64,000 nucleotides of DNA from Flavobacteriaceae bacterium (GTDB lineage: Bacteria; Bacteroidota; Bacteroidia; Flavobacteriales; Flavobacteriaceae). Shown piece after piece: positions 9,973-19,396 of this stretch (position 1 is the stretch's first letter; every line of letters starts with the position of its first letter). A model generated the notes under the pieces. The model did no database searches, had not been told where the DNA came from, and saw only the letters and a list, made by a program, of their open reading frames with translations. The stretch is taken from positions 1,612 to 65,611 of the forward strand of contig JAHEIX010000012.1 in assembly GCA_024639165.1 (NCBI GenBank). Direction: 5' to 3'. Made by a program: the position numbers and the translations under genes.

Positions 9973-11367
9973 ATGCGAAAATTCAGACACGCATTATTTA
10001 CTGTATTTTTAAGCTTTAACTCCTTATTTATAGGGTTTTCGCAGAGCAGTTCACCCTTTTTTAACAATGGTGATGTCATTTGCTTTTTGGGCGACAGCAT
10101 CACCCATGGAGGGCAATACCACGAATTTTTGCAGCTCTTTTACGCAACTCGATATCCAGAGTTGAACCTTTCTTTTCACAACTGCGGAATTTCTGGAGAC
10201 AATGCCGCTGGCATGATTGAGCGCTTCGAAGAGGATGTGATGAGGCACAAGCCCACACACGTATTTCTGATGACCGGAATGAATGACGTACAACGTACAC
10301 TTTATTTTGAGGGAACGGCAAGCAAAAAGATTTTGAAACAAAGAGCGAATGCCTTAGCTAACTACAAGCGAAATACTACATTATTAGCGGAAAAAATAAG
10401 CGAAAATGATGTAACACCTATTTTGTTAACGCCCACTATTTATGACCAATACTCCAAAATAGAAAGAGAAAACAACTTAGGCTGCAATGACGCCCTTATT
10501 GAGTTTTCTAATCATATTAAAAAATTAGGTGAAAAACATGACGCACTAGTAATTGATTTAAACACGCCTATGCGTAAGCTCATGGAACGTCAATTGAAAA
10601 AAGATTCTTTGTTTACCATTGTTGGAAAAGACAGGGTGCATCCCGGAACAACAGGGCATTTTATCATGTTTTATGAAATTATATCCAGCTTAGAAGCACC
10701 TGCTGTGGTTTCTAAAATAGCTATTGATGCAAACCAAGATGAGCAAGAAATACGTGTGCAAAACCTACGCCTTCAAAATGCACAGTTTTCCGAAAGCTTG
10801 ATTTCCTTTCAGACTTGTGAAATGAGTTTGCCATTTCCCATTGGAGGGAGTCTTCAAGAGGCCGTATCATTCACCTCTTTTGAAGAGCTGTATAACCAGC
10901 AACTATTTCAAGCAGAAGGCTTACCTAATAAAAATTATGACTTGTACATTGATAAACAGCATATAGGAACTTTTGATGCCTACGATTTAAAGAATGGAAT
11001 TAATCTTAGCCAATATAAAAACACACCGCAATACAAACAGGCGCAAGAAATAAAGCGTTTGTGTACTGCCTATCGACAAACACAATACCAGCTTCGGGCA
11101 GTTGCCTTTATACGGCACAGTTATCTTAACGACTATACAGGTCCCGATAACATAAATTTAAAATATAAGCACTTATCCAAAAAACGTAAACGTATTGAGG
11201 GCAAACCCTATTTTGACTACATCAAAAGGAGTATGGAGGCATATTTTGAGACACTGCCCAAAATAGATTCTTTAGAAAAAAGAAAGCGCCAACTTTTAGA
11301 ACAAATACATTCCATGTACACACCCAAGATGCAGCAATGGAAACTTATGAATAGCCCCAAGCCCTAG
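9973..11367 (+). CDS. SGNH/GDSL-family hydrolase (putative carbohydrate esterase) with an uncharacterised C-terminal extension
   Basis: A signal peptide is present. SGNH block I is FLGDSITHGG, followed by the GISGD and GMND blocks and the DRVHP catalytic Asp/His block. About 230 further residues have no motif I recognise. Confidence 0.75.
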   Translation: MRKFRHALFTVFLSFNSLFIGFSQSSSPFFNNGDVICFLGDSITHGGQYHEFLQLFYATRYPELNLSFHNCGISGDNAAGMIERFEEDVMRHKPTHVFLMTGMNDVQRTLYFEGTASKKILKQRANALANYKRNTTLLAEKISENDVTPILLTPTIYDQYSKIERENNLGCNDALIEFSNHIKKLGEKHDALVIDLNTPMRKLMERQLKKDSLFTIVGKDRVHPGTTGHFIMFYEIISSLEAPAVVSKIAIDANQDEQEIRVQNLRLQNAQFSESLISFQTCEMSLPFPIGGSLQEAVSFTSFEELYNQQLFQAEGLPNKNYDLYIDKQHIGTFDAYDLKNGINLSQYKNTPQYKQAQEIKRLCTAYRQTQYQLRAVAFIRHSYLNDYTGPDNINLKYKHLSKKRKRIEGKPYFDYIKRSMEAYFETLPKIDSLEKRKRQLLEQIHSMYTPKMQQWKLMNSPKP

Positions 11368-11461
11368 GATTTGACGATTTGTTCTACACTTTAGAACATT
11401 TGTGACTACAATTTGCTTTTAATCAAATTAAATTTATAAAAAAACATTAAATCAAATAATT

Positions 11462-12436
11462 ATGAAAAACGTATACATATTTTTTACAATAATCTTAAGC
11501 GTTACAACGATAAATGCTCAGGTGACAGCAAACTTTAATACAGCAGATGGTTATGCTAATGGAGCTTTGGGTAATAACGAAAATTGGGAAGGTGGTGGCT
11601 CATGGTTTGTTAACACCACTGATGAAAAGGTATCTACTTCAGCTAACTCCGCTGAAGCCTTATGGACAGAGCAACTAACTAGTATTTCTGGTTCCACAGT
11701 TACCTTTGAAGTTAATTTTAGTTTCAACGGTGACTTTGGGCACTCTACAAATGAACTTATGGCCCAGATAGGTTTTTATAACGAATTCTGGATTAATGGT
11801 GGCGCATCCAAAAGAGATTATATTTACCTATCTTTTAATACTTTTAATGGGGGATTAAAAATATCTGATAGAGCAAATGGAAATTTTGATATTACAACAA
11901 AAGCTGTAAGTAATTGGATTGGAAGTGATCTCACGGCAAAAGTTGCTTTAACCATCGGAACTACTGCAGCTAATTCATATATTTCTGTCATACTTATAAA
12001 TAATACAACAAATGAGTCTACTGACATTGGGACGTATGGAAATGGTAATGGTACTCTTTCAATAAGAGATGAGATATTTGCATATGCTGGCAACGGAAAA
12101 GTTCGTGGTTTTTTCAAAACAATAACATTGCAGGACGGAGATGCAGCCAATACAGAGTTCATGGGAGTGTCTAGTGTATCCTTAACCAATGGTAGTACAC
12201 TAAACACAAAAGATGTTTTCCTCCCAGAATTTATGTTGTCTAACAATCCCGTTGGAGAAACAGTTGAAATATTTGGAGTTGAAGCGGGTAGTGAAATAAA
12301 TATTTATACCATTACAGGAGCTAAAGCAAGTAATCATGTTTATAATGGAAGTTCTTTAAATCTTAGCCACCTAAATACGGGTGTCTATTTTATGGAAACG
12401 CCAGGATTTGCAGTTAAGAAAATGCTAAAAAAATAG
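11462..12436 (+). CDS. T9SS-secreted protein made of the same unknown N-terminal domain as the 7206 gene plus a T9SS CTD
   Basis: A signal peptide is present. Residues about 20-235 align with residues about 23-255 of the 7206 product (VTANFNTADGYANGA / VVNFTTAEGFSNGA; SWFVNT / SWIVDT; LTIGTTAANSYISVILINNTTNESTDIGTY / LILGQDATTSTIEAKLVNVTDATETPIGMY). The C-terminal part NNPVGETVEIF...LNTGVYFMETPGF is a T9SS sorting domain. Confidence 0.6.
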   Translation: MKNVYIFFTIILSVTTINAQVTANFNTADGYANGALGNNENWEGGGSWFVNTTDEKVSTSANSAEALWTEQLTSISGSTVTFEVNFSFNGDFGHSTNELMAQIGFYNEFWINGGASKRDYIYLSFNTFNGGLKISDRANGNFDITTKAVSNWIGSDLTAKVALTIGTTAANSYISVILINNTTNESTDIGTYGNGNGTLSIRDEIFAYAGNGKVRGFFKTITLQDGDAANTEFMGVSSVSLTNGSTLNTKDVFLPEFMLSNNPVGETVEIFGVEAGSEINIYTITGAKASNHVYNGSSLNLSHLNTGVYFMETPGFAVKKMLKK

Positions 12437-12463
12437 ATTTTTTTAAAAACAACGAATCAAAAG

Positions 12464-12490
12464 CCACTGAATATCAGTGGTTTTTTTATT
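12464..12490 (+). terminator. Rho-independent terminator after the 11462 gene
   Basis: CCACTGA (12464-12470) pairs perfectly with TCAGTGG (12474-12480) around a 3-nt loop. A T7 run follows at 12481-12487. Confidence 0.75.
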
Positions 12491-12499
12491 TTTAGTCAT

Positions 12500-13414
12500 A
12501 TGAAGTATCTGTATTTTGTTTTCGTGCTTTTATGCCTAAAAGCAACGGCTCAGCATAAAAAAATAGCTATTTATACAGATAACATTCCTTGTGCTTCAAA
12601 CCTACCCATGCAGGAGGTCTCAAATACCATTTCGATAAAAGAACGTATCAGCAGTCCACAATTATGGTATTACCCAACAGAAAAATCCATTCATAACACA
12701 GCAGCTGTTTTGGTTTTACCCGGTGGTGGGTATCAAAATCTAGCCTTTAAAAAGGAAGGAACAGAGGTTGCCCAATGGCTCAATACTTTGGGTATTAGTG
12801 CTTTTGTACTTATGTACCGAACACCCTACTGGGAGTTAGCATCGTGTAAAAAAGAAATTCCGCTTTCAGATGCCAAGCAGGCCATGCGCATCATTCGACA
12901 TCGTGCAAGTGAATGGAATATAAACCCCAATAAAGTTGGCGTTATGGGCTTTTCAGCTGGTGGTCACCTGGCAGCAGCACTTTCCACACAGTTCGACTAT
13001 GGAAACCAAGACGAAACAAATTCACTGGCTTCGTTCAGCACGCGCCCTGATTTTTCTGTTCTTGTCTATCCCGTTATCAGTATGCGAAAAGCCTACACGC
13101 ATATGGGATCTAGACAAAGTCTTTTGGGGGAAAATCCAACTAATGAAGACATAATGGCCTACTCAAATGAGCTACAAGTAAAAACAGAAACACCACCAGC
13201 CATTTTAATTCACGCTTCCAATGATAGGGCTGTTTATGCAGAAAACAGCATCATGTATTACAAAGCACTACTGGAAAAAAACGTTCCAGCAGCTTTGCAT
13301 ATATGGGAAGATGGAGGTCATGGCTTTGGGCTCCACCGTGAAAAAGGCTCTGTCAAATCATGGCCAAACTCGGTCCATCAATGGTTTATCCAGCGAGGTA
13401 TTTTGAAATATTAA
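12500..13414 (+). CDS. Secreted alpha/beta-hydrolase fold esterase (putative carbohydrate acetyl esterase)
   Basis: A signal peptide is present. The oxyanion-type motif LVLPGGGY and the nucleophile elbow GFSAGGH are present, along with late Asp and His residues (SNDRAV, GGHGFG). Confidence 0.75.
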   Translation: MKYLYFVFVLLCLKATAQHKKIAIYTDNIPCASNLPMQEVSNTISIKERISSPQLWYYPTEKSIHNTAAVLVLPGGGYQNLAFKKEGTEVAQWLNTLGISAFVLMYRTPYWELASCKKEIPLSDAKQAMRIIRHRASEWNINPNKVGVMGFSAGGHLAAALSTQFDYGNQDETNSLASFSTRPDFSVLVYPVISMRKAYTHMGSRQSLLGENPTNEDIMAYSNELQVKTETPPAILIHASNDRAVYAENSIMYYKALLEKNVPAALHIWEDGGHGFGLHREKGSVKSWPNSVHQWFIQRGILKY

Positions 13415-14952
13415 TCAAAACGCAAACGACTTGTGTTTTCATAGGCATCGCCTACTATAGTAAGAAAGCGCTCCATCATCTCATCTCTTTTTTCAGGCAT
13501 TTTCTCTGCAAGATTGTTTTTTTGAGATACATCCTCCGCCAGATTGTACAATTGATATTCGTCTCCATTACCCGTTTCAATGCCTTTTGTCAAAAACATT
13601 TTAGGCCCAGGATAAGGAGGAATCAAGACCCAATCGCCATGGCGGTAAGCCGTTCTGGAAGTTGCTTCTAACACCACATTATCTCTACCCTCATTTGATT
13701 TACCAAGCAGTAGATTCATGTGGTTTTCGCTGTCTAGTTCTGGTTTTTCATCTCCCATAAAACTTGACAATGATGATAGCCAATCTATTTGCGAAATAAT
13801 GGCATCAGAAGTACCGGGCTCAATAGTTCCTTTCCAAAACGTGACAAACGGAACACGAGTTCCAGCCTCGTACAAGCTGTATTTTCCACCTCTTAAACCG
13901 CCTGTTGGCGTGTGGTCGCCAAGCTTTTCGATGGCATCATCTACATAGCCATCGTCCAAAACGGGTCCATTATCGCTTGATAAGAATATAAGCGTATTTT
14001 CAAGTAAACCTTCTTGCTTTAGTGTTTTGATCAATGCTCCGATACACCAATCTGCTTCGGCAATGACATCGCCCCTTGGGCCCATTCCAGTTGCTCCTTC
14101 AAAACGTGGGTGAGGTGTTCTTGGTACGTGCGGTTGTTGAAACCCATAATACAAAAAGAACGGTTTGTCTTTTTTTGTTTTTATATACGTTTGAACTTCT
14201 TTAAGAAAATCATCTGCCATATTTTCATCTATCCATCTTGCGCTTTGCCCACCTTTCATATGTCCAATTCGTGGTACACCGTTTACAACAGTTCTATTGT
14301 GTTGTGAATCGGCTTTCATTTTTACTAAACTGGGCGAGTTTTCACCCGTTGGCTCTCCGGGAAAGTTTTTTTCGTAGTCAATTTCTATAGGATCGTTCAC
14401 GTCTAAATTATAAACGTAACCATCTTTAATGTAGACTGTGGGTACCCTGTCCTGTGTTGCTGCCATAATAAAACTATAGTCAAAACCAACCTCATTAGGT
14501 CCAGGTGAGATGTGTTTGTTCCAATTGACATTTCCCAATCCAAGACCTAAGTGCCATTTCCCAATCACTGCCGTTTCGTATCCATGTTTTCGCAGCATTT
14601 TAGGCAATGTTATTTGAGCGGTGTCAATCAGAAGCGGTGCTGTACCAGGTAAAATCTTGGCATTTCTGTTACGCCATGGATACTGTCCGGTGAGAAGGGC
14701 ATATCTACTGGGTGTACATGTTGCCGAAGTGGCATATCCATTGGTAAATTTACGCCCATTGTTTGCCAAAAAATCCATATTTGGTGTGGATAATTCGGTT
14801 GCTCCATAGGCGCTTACATCTCCATAGCCCAAATCGTCGAGATAAATAAAGATAATATTGGGTTTTTCCAATGCAGCTGCATTGTTTTTTGGTTCAGCGC
14901 CACAAGAAGCAAGAATTGTTGATAAAACGAAAATTAAGACTAATTTTTTCAT
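13411..14952 (-). CDS. S1-family (formylglycine-dependent) sulfatase, exported lipoprotein
   Basis: It has a lipoprotein signal (MKKLVLIFVLSTILASCG). The metal-binding start is NIIFIYLDDLGYGD and the sulfatase signature is CTPSRYALLTG. It is the last gene of the minus-strand operon. Confidence 0.9.
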   Translation of the reverse strand: MKKLVLIFVLSTILASCGAEPKNNAAALEKPNIIFIYLDDLGYGDVSAYGATELSTPNMDFLANNGRKFTNGYATSATCTPSRYALLTGQYPWRNRNAKILPGTAPLLIDTAQITLPKMLRKHGYETAVIGKWHLGLGLGNVNWNKHISPGPNEVGFDYSFIMAATQDRVPTVYIKDGYVYNLDVNDPIEIDYEKNFPGEPTGENSPSLVKMKADSQHNRTVVNGVPRIGHMKGGQSARWIDENMADDFLKEVQTYIKTKKDKPFFLYYGFQQPHVPRTPHPRFEGATGMGPRGDVIAEADWCIGALIKTLKQEGLLENTLIFLSSDNGPVLDDGYVDDAIEKLGDHTPTGGLRGGKYSLYEAGTRVPFVTFWKGTIEPGTSDAIISQIDWLSSLSSFMGDEKPELDSENHMNLLLGKSNEGRDNVVLEATSRTAYRHGDWVLIPPYPGPKMFLTKGIETGNGDEYQLYNLAEDVSQKNNLAEKMPEKRDEMMERFLTIVGDAYENTSRLRFD

Positions 14953-14967
14953 GGTGTTGTTTAGATT

Positions 14968-16263
14968 TTAGTTGTGATTTTTACGTCCATAGATTGCGAT
15001 AAAAGCAAAACACAAGACAGGTAATAAAAAGGAAAGATTGATTTCAGAAATCCCGATAATACTGACATCATTAACAGCATAACCGCCTATGTCAATAATC
15101 ATTCCTTGAAGTTTTGGCATCAATGCACCACCAACAATAGCCATGACCAAGCCTGCGGAGCCAATTTTGCTTTCGTCTTCGGTTAGTTTTCCGAGTGCAA
15201 TTCCGTAAATGGTTGGGAACATCAAAGACATAAAAAACGATACGCCAACCAAACAATAAAGCCCCACGACATTGTTGATCACAACAACACCCAATGTACA
15301 GCCAATGGCAAAGAGGGCAAACAACATCAATAATTTACCAGCATTTGCAAATCGTAGCAAGTAGGTTCCAAAAGCACGACCAACTGTAAAGAGTACAAAT
15401 GCAGCCATTTGATAATATCCAGCTGTTACACTATCCATGCCAATTCCTTCGGCGTACTGATAAATATAGGTCCAGCACATGATTTGTGCTCCAACGTAAA
15501 AAATTTGCGCCAATACCCCTTGGCTATAGGTTATATTCCTGAAGAGTTTTGTGAATGTGTTTCCAATATTGCCATGCGCGTCTTCAGCTTTGGAATGCGG
15601 CATTTTACTTACTGAAAACAAGACCAAGACTCCTAAAATAACCAATCCTAAAATCACATAGGGATCTCGGATTACCATCAAATCGGTGGTTTTGATTAGT
15701 GTTTTAGAAACTTCGTCCAGTGCACTAAAATCAGCAATATCATCAGATTGAAGTTTTTTCAACACATATTGTTGCGCAACAAAAAGCCCAAGAATTAAAC
15801 CAACAGGGTTAAAGGCTTGTGCTAGGTTAAGCCGTTGGGTTGCTGTTTCTTTTGCACCCATAGCTAAGGCATAAGGATTTGCAGCAGTTTCTAAAAACGC
15901 CAGTCCAAAGGTCAATATATATAGCCCCATGCAGAAAAACCAGAATTCTTCTGTAATGGCTGCAGGATAAAATAACAGCGCTCCTGTTGCGTATAAGGCT
16001 AAGCCAATTAAAATACCAACCTTGTATGAGTATTTACGCATGAATAACGCAGCCGGAAGTGCCATGCAAAAATATCCGCCATAAAATGCCATTTGTACCC
16101 AAGCCGCTTGTGAATTTGATAACTCCAGTACCTTTTTAAATGCCTGAACCATCGGGTCGGTTACCGCATTGGCAAAGCCCCATAGGGCAAACAGTGAGGT
16201 TAGCAGGATGAATGGAATAAGTACTTTTTTGGGTACAACGGGGATTGTATTGGATGCTTTCAT
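14968..16263 (-). CDS. fucP: L-fucose:H+ symporter-family MFS permease
   Basis: The product aligns by eye along its whole length with E. coli FucP (FALWGFANA...; AFYGGYF; LETAANP; RLNLAQAFN; QFCYVGAQ-like QIFYVGAQ; IGGALMP). Confidence 0.85.
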   Translation of the reverse strand: MKASNTIPVVPKKVLIPFILLTSLFALWGFANAVTDPMVQAFKKVLELSNSQAAWVQMAFYGGYFCMALPAALFMRKYSYKVGILIGLALYATGALLFYPAAITEEFWFFCMGLYILTFGLAFLETAANPYALAMGAKETATQRLNLAQAFNPVGLILGLFVAQQYVLKKLQSDDIADFSALDEVSKTLIKTTDLMVIRDPYVILGLVILGVLVLFSVSKMPHSKAEDAHGNIGNTFTKLFRNITYSQGVLAQIFYVGAQIMCWTYIYQYAEGIGMDSVTAGYYQMAAFVLFTVGRAFGTYLLRFANAGKLLMLFALFAIGCTLGVVVINNVVGLYCLVGVSFFMSLMFPTIYGIALGKLTEDESKIGSAGLVMAIVGGALMPKLQGMIIDIGGYAVNDVSIIGISEINLSFLLPVLCFAFIAIYGRKNHN

Positions 16264-16274
16264 AAAATATGTTA

Positions 16275-17432
16275 TTAGTCATTCTTTTGAATGAGTTTAC
16301 TTTGTAAATCAGGGATTTCAGCACAACTCATTTGCTCCATGACTTGAGTTAGTTGCTGTTTAAGCATGCTGATCGTATGGTTTCCCCCTTTTTTACCAAG
16401 TGCGGACACGCCGTACATAAAGGTGCGCCCCATAAAGCTAAAGTCAGCACCACTAGCCATAACACGCGCCACATCTGCACCACCGCGTATGCCGCTATCC
16501 ATCATGACGGTTAGTTTTCCTTTATAAAGGGGTGCTATGGTTTTTAATGCGTCAATAGTAGCTTGACCAACATCTACCTGTCTGCCGCCATGGTTTGATA
16601 CAATAACCCCGTCCAAGCCTAACTGATAAGCTTTTTCGACATCATGTACTGATTCAGCTCCTTTGAGCACAAGCTTTCCTTTCCACATATCACGAATCTT
16701 TTTGATCTTTTCCTCATTCAAACGACCAGAAAAAGTAGCGTCCATAAATTTTGCCAACTGGTTTAAGTTTAAATTTTTGGGCATATACGGTTTTAGTATT
16801 TCAAAGCTTGGTTGACCGTTAAGCAGCGTTTGCAAAGCCCAATGCGGTCTTTTGGCTGCATTCATGATGTTGGTCATTGTCATTTTAGGAGGCATAGACA
16901 AACCATTTCTAATATCCCTTGGGCGATAGCCAAAAGAGGGTACATCAGCAAGGATGACAAGCACAGGACATTCGGCTGTTTCTGCTCGCTTTAAAATATC
17001 TTTGGTAACCCGTTCTTCTGCTGGGTGATAAAGCTGAAACCATGCCTTGCCTTCAGTAATTTCAGCAATTTTTTCAATACTTGCCGTGGTGACAGTGCTT
17101 AATACAAAAGGAATGTTGTGTTCAAAAGCTGCTTTGGCTAAAATTTCTGGAGATTTTGGCCACATTAAGCCTTGCAAACCAACAGGTGAAATACCAAATG
17201 GTGCATCATACGTATGTCCAAAAAGTTCGGTTTTTAAACTAGGCGCGTTATAGTCAACCAAATACTTGGGCTTGAGTTCAATGTCTCGAATCCGATCAGT
17301 ATTCTTTTTAAGGTTTACGTCATCATTACAACCCCCATCCAAGTATTCAAAAGCAAACTTTGGTATTTTACATTTGGCACGTGCTCTTAAATCAGCTACA
17401 GATGGATACTTATAATTTACCTCTTGTTTCAT
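16275..17432 (-). CDS. FMN-dependent alpha-hydroxy-acid dehydrogenase (L-lactate dehydrogenase LldD-like)
   Basis: The product is 385 aa with family motifs (PFGISPVG, FQLY, VSNHGGRQ, DSGIRGG). Its start overlaps the mutarotase stop (ATGA). Confidence 0.8.
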   Translation of the reverse strand: MKQEVNYKYPSVADLRARAKCKIPKFAFEYLDGGCNDDVNLKKNTDRIRDIELKPKYLVDYNAPSLKTELFGHTYDAPFGISPVGLQGLMWPKSPEILAKAAFEHNIPFVLSTVTTASIEKIAEITEGKAWFQLYHPAEERVTKDILKRAETAECPVLVILADVPSFGYRPRDIRNGLSMPPKMTMTNIMNAAKRPHWALQTLLNGQPSFEILKPYMPKNLNLNQLAKFMDATFSGRLNEEKIKKIRDMWKGKLVLKGAESVHDVEKAYQLGLDGVIVSNHGGRQVDVGQATIDALKTIAPLYKGKLTVMMDSGIRGGADVARVMASGADFSFMGRTFMYGVSALGKKGGNHTISMLKQQLTQVMEQMSCAEIPDLQSKLIQKND

Positions 17433-17782
17433 TTGCGTCTATTTAAATCATAAATTTTTTCCATCAAGACCCATTTGGTACCTTCTGGTGTGTTGGGTAA
17501 AGATTGTTGAAATTTCCACATTAGGGTTTCCCATTCTTGAACTTTTGGATTATCCGCATCCATACTTGCTTTTTTCTCAAAAGAAAATGTATCGTCAACT
17601 TCAAGAATCATAAAAAGTCTGTTGCCTGTGTGATATATTTCTGCATTTTGAATTCCCGACGCTTTGATGCTTTGGTTGATTTCTGGCCATACCTGCTTAT
17701 GGTACTTTATATAGGCATCAATCTTTTCAGGATCATCTTTGAGGTCCAAGGCCAAACAATATTTATGCAGTTCAACAGTCAT
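17429..17782 (-). CDS. RhaM-family (L-rhamnose mutarotase-like) sugar mutarotase
   Basis: The product is 117 aa with DLKDDPEKIDAYIKYHKQVWPEI...GNRLFMILE...NPKVQEWETLMW, the typical RhaM/DUF718 pattern. Confidence 0.85.
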   Translation of the reverse strand: MTVELHKYCLALDLKDDPEKIDAYIKYHKQVWPEINQSIKASGIQNAEIYHTGNRLFMILEVDDTFSFEKKASMDADNPKVQEWETLMWKFQQSLPNTPEGTKWVLMEKIYDLNRRK

Positions 17783-18570
17783 TATTCTTTATTTATAGCC
17801 CTATCCAAATGCGTATACCCACCATCTACATAAACCAATTGACCCGTAGTGTGGCTTGAACGCGACGAAAGTAAAAAAACTACTGCATTGGCGATTTCAG
17901 CAGCTGTAGTCATGCGTTGTTCTAAAGGGATTTTATCTGATATAGACTTTAGCTTTTCTTCTGGGTGATCAAAAGTATTTATCCATTTTTCATAGAGTGG
18001 CGTAAAGCATTCAGCTACGACAACACAGTTCACACGAATGGCATAGGGCAATAGTTCGACCGCCCATTCTCTTGTGAGGGCATTACGACCCCCATTGGAA
18101 GCTGCATAGCCCGAAGTACTCCCTTGGCCAGTATCAGCCGTTTTAGAACCAACATTAACGATAGCCCCCTTGTTTTTTTTAAGCTCCGGAAGCACTAATT
18201 GTGCCATCAAATAATAGTGTGCTAGGTTACGTTTGATAGACTCCATAAAATCAGCATAATTCCCATGTTCCAGCCCTATCCCATCATTTACTCCAGCATT
18301 ATTAACAAGTCCATCTATACCACCATATTCACATAAAACCTCCTTAACAGCTACTTCGCATTGTTCGGGTTTGGTAAGTTCTGCAAATGCATAACCCACT
18401 TTTAGTCCTTTTTTTTGATAATCCGTAATTGCCTTTTCAATACTCGGCTTATTTCTACCAATAATAACAGGGATAGCTCCCTCTTCAGCCAAAAGCGAAA
18501 CAATAGCAGCACCAATCCCTTTTGACCCACCTGTTACAATAATCACCTTGTCTTGTAATCTTAAATCCAT
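17782..18570 (-). CDS. Short-chain dehydrogenase/reductase (candidate L-fucose/L-galactose 1-dehydrogenase or 2-keto-3-deoxy-sugar-acid 4-dehydrogenase)
   Basis: It has the TGGSKGIG Rossmann motif, NNAG, and the YAASNGG-type catalytic Tyr region. Which of the two pathway steps it performs cannot be told from sequence alone. Confidence 0.8.
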   Translation of the reverse strand: MDLRLQDKVIIVTGGSKGIGAAIVSLLAEEGAIPVIIGRNKPSIEKAITDYQKKGLKVGYAFAELTKPEQCEVAVKEVLCEYGGIDGLVNNAGVNDGIGLEHGNYADFMESIKRNLAHYYLMAQLVLPELKKNKGAIVNVGSKTADTGQGSTSGYAASNGGRNALTREWAVELLPYAIRVNCVVVAECFTPLYEKWINTFDHPEEKLKSISDKIPLEQRMTTAAEIANAVVFLLSSRSSHTTGQLVYVDGGYTHLDRAINKE

Positions 18571-18571
18571 A

Positions 18572-19396
18572 CTATAGATTGTATATTAATTGTGCATTTT
18601 TTCGCAGTATTTTCACTTTAGTTTTATCGTCGAATTGTTCTAGGAAATCCATAATTATGGCGAGTACCTTACTATAGTCAGCTGCCAGTAAGCAAACAGG
18701 CCAATCGGAACCAAACAGGACCCGGTTAGCGCCAAAAGAAGCAAAGACATGATCCATAAATGGCGTGAAGACTTCATCTGAAAACACAAAGTTCTCGGTT
18801 TCGGTGACCATCCCTGAAAGTTTGCAGCTCACATTTTCGCATTTGGATAAGGCAGCTATATTTGCCTTCCATTCGTTTTCTATTGGAGCCGAAATAGTAG
18901 GTTTGGCAATGTGGTCTAAAATAAATTGCTGCTCAGGAAACTTTTCAACCATTTGAATGGCTGCTGCAAGTTGATGCGGATAAACAAGTATATCAAAGGT
19001 GAGGTTGAACTTTGCAAGTTTGCTGATACCATTTTGAACATCCTCACGCAATAGGTAATCTTCTTTTTCAGCTTGCACTATATGACGTACTCCTTTGAAC
19101 AAAGGATTTGCTGCATAGTACATAAGTCGTTTTTCTAAATTTTCGGCGGTTAAGTCAACCCAACCCACAACTCCTTTAATAAACGGATTTTCTGCGGCAC
19201 AAGTCAATAAAAATTCAGTTTCTGTTTCAGATTGGTCAGCTTGTACGGCAATACATCCATCAATACCATTTTCATCTAATAGGGGCTTTAGATCTTTTGG
19301 AAGAAAATCTTTACGAATAATCTCCATAGAGTCATCTATCCAGTTGTCTCTGACTGGATCATACTTCCAAAAATGTTGATGGCTATCTATAATCAT
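18572..19396 (-). CDS. Amidohydrolase-2 family lactonase (L-fucono-1,5-lactonase-like)
   Basis: The N-terminal IIDSHQHFW metal-binding motif, the 274-aa size and the late FGSDWPV motif are typical of the sugar-lactonase branch of amidohydrolase_2. Confidence 0.8.
   Translation of the reverse strand: MIIDSHQHFWKYDPVRDNWIDDSMEIIRKDFLPKDLKPLLDENGIDGCIAVQADQSETETEFLLTCAAENPFIKGVVGWVDLTAENLEKRLMYYAANPLFKGVRHIVQAEKEDYLLREDVQNGISKLAKFNLTFDILVYPHQLAAAIQMVEKFPEQQFILDHIAKPTISAPIENEWKANIAALSKCENVSCKLSGMVTETENFVFSDEVFTPFMDHVFASFGANRVLFGSDWPVCLLAADYSKVLAIIMDFLEQFDDKTKVKILRKNAQLIYNL

Noticed and set aside
11381-11397. The hairpin GTTCTA-CACTT-TAGAAC after the SGNH esterase gene, considered as a terminator.
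   Set aside because: The stem is only 6 bp and AT-rich, and no clear U-tract follows (ATTTGTG). It is too weak to call.
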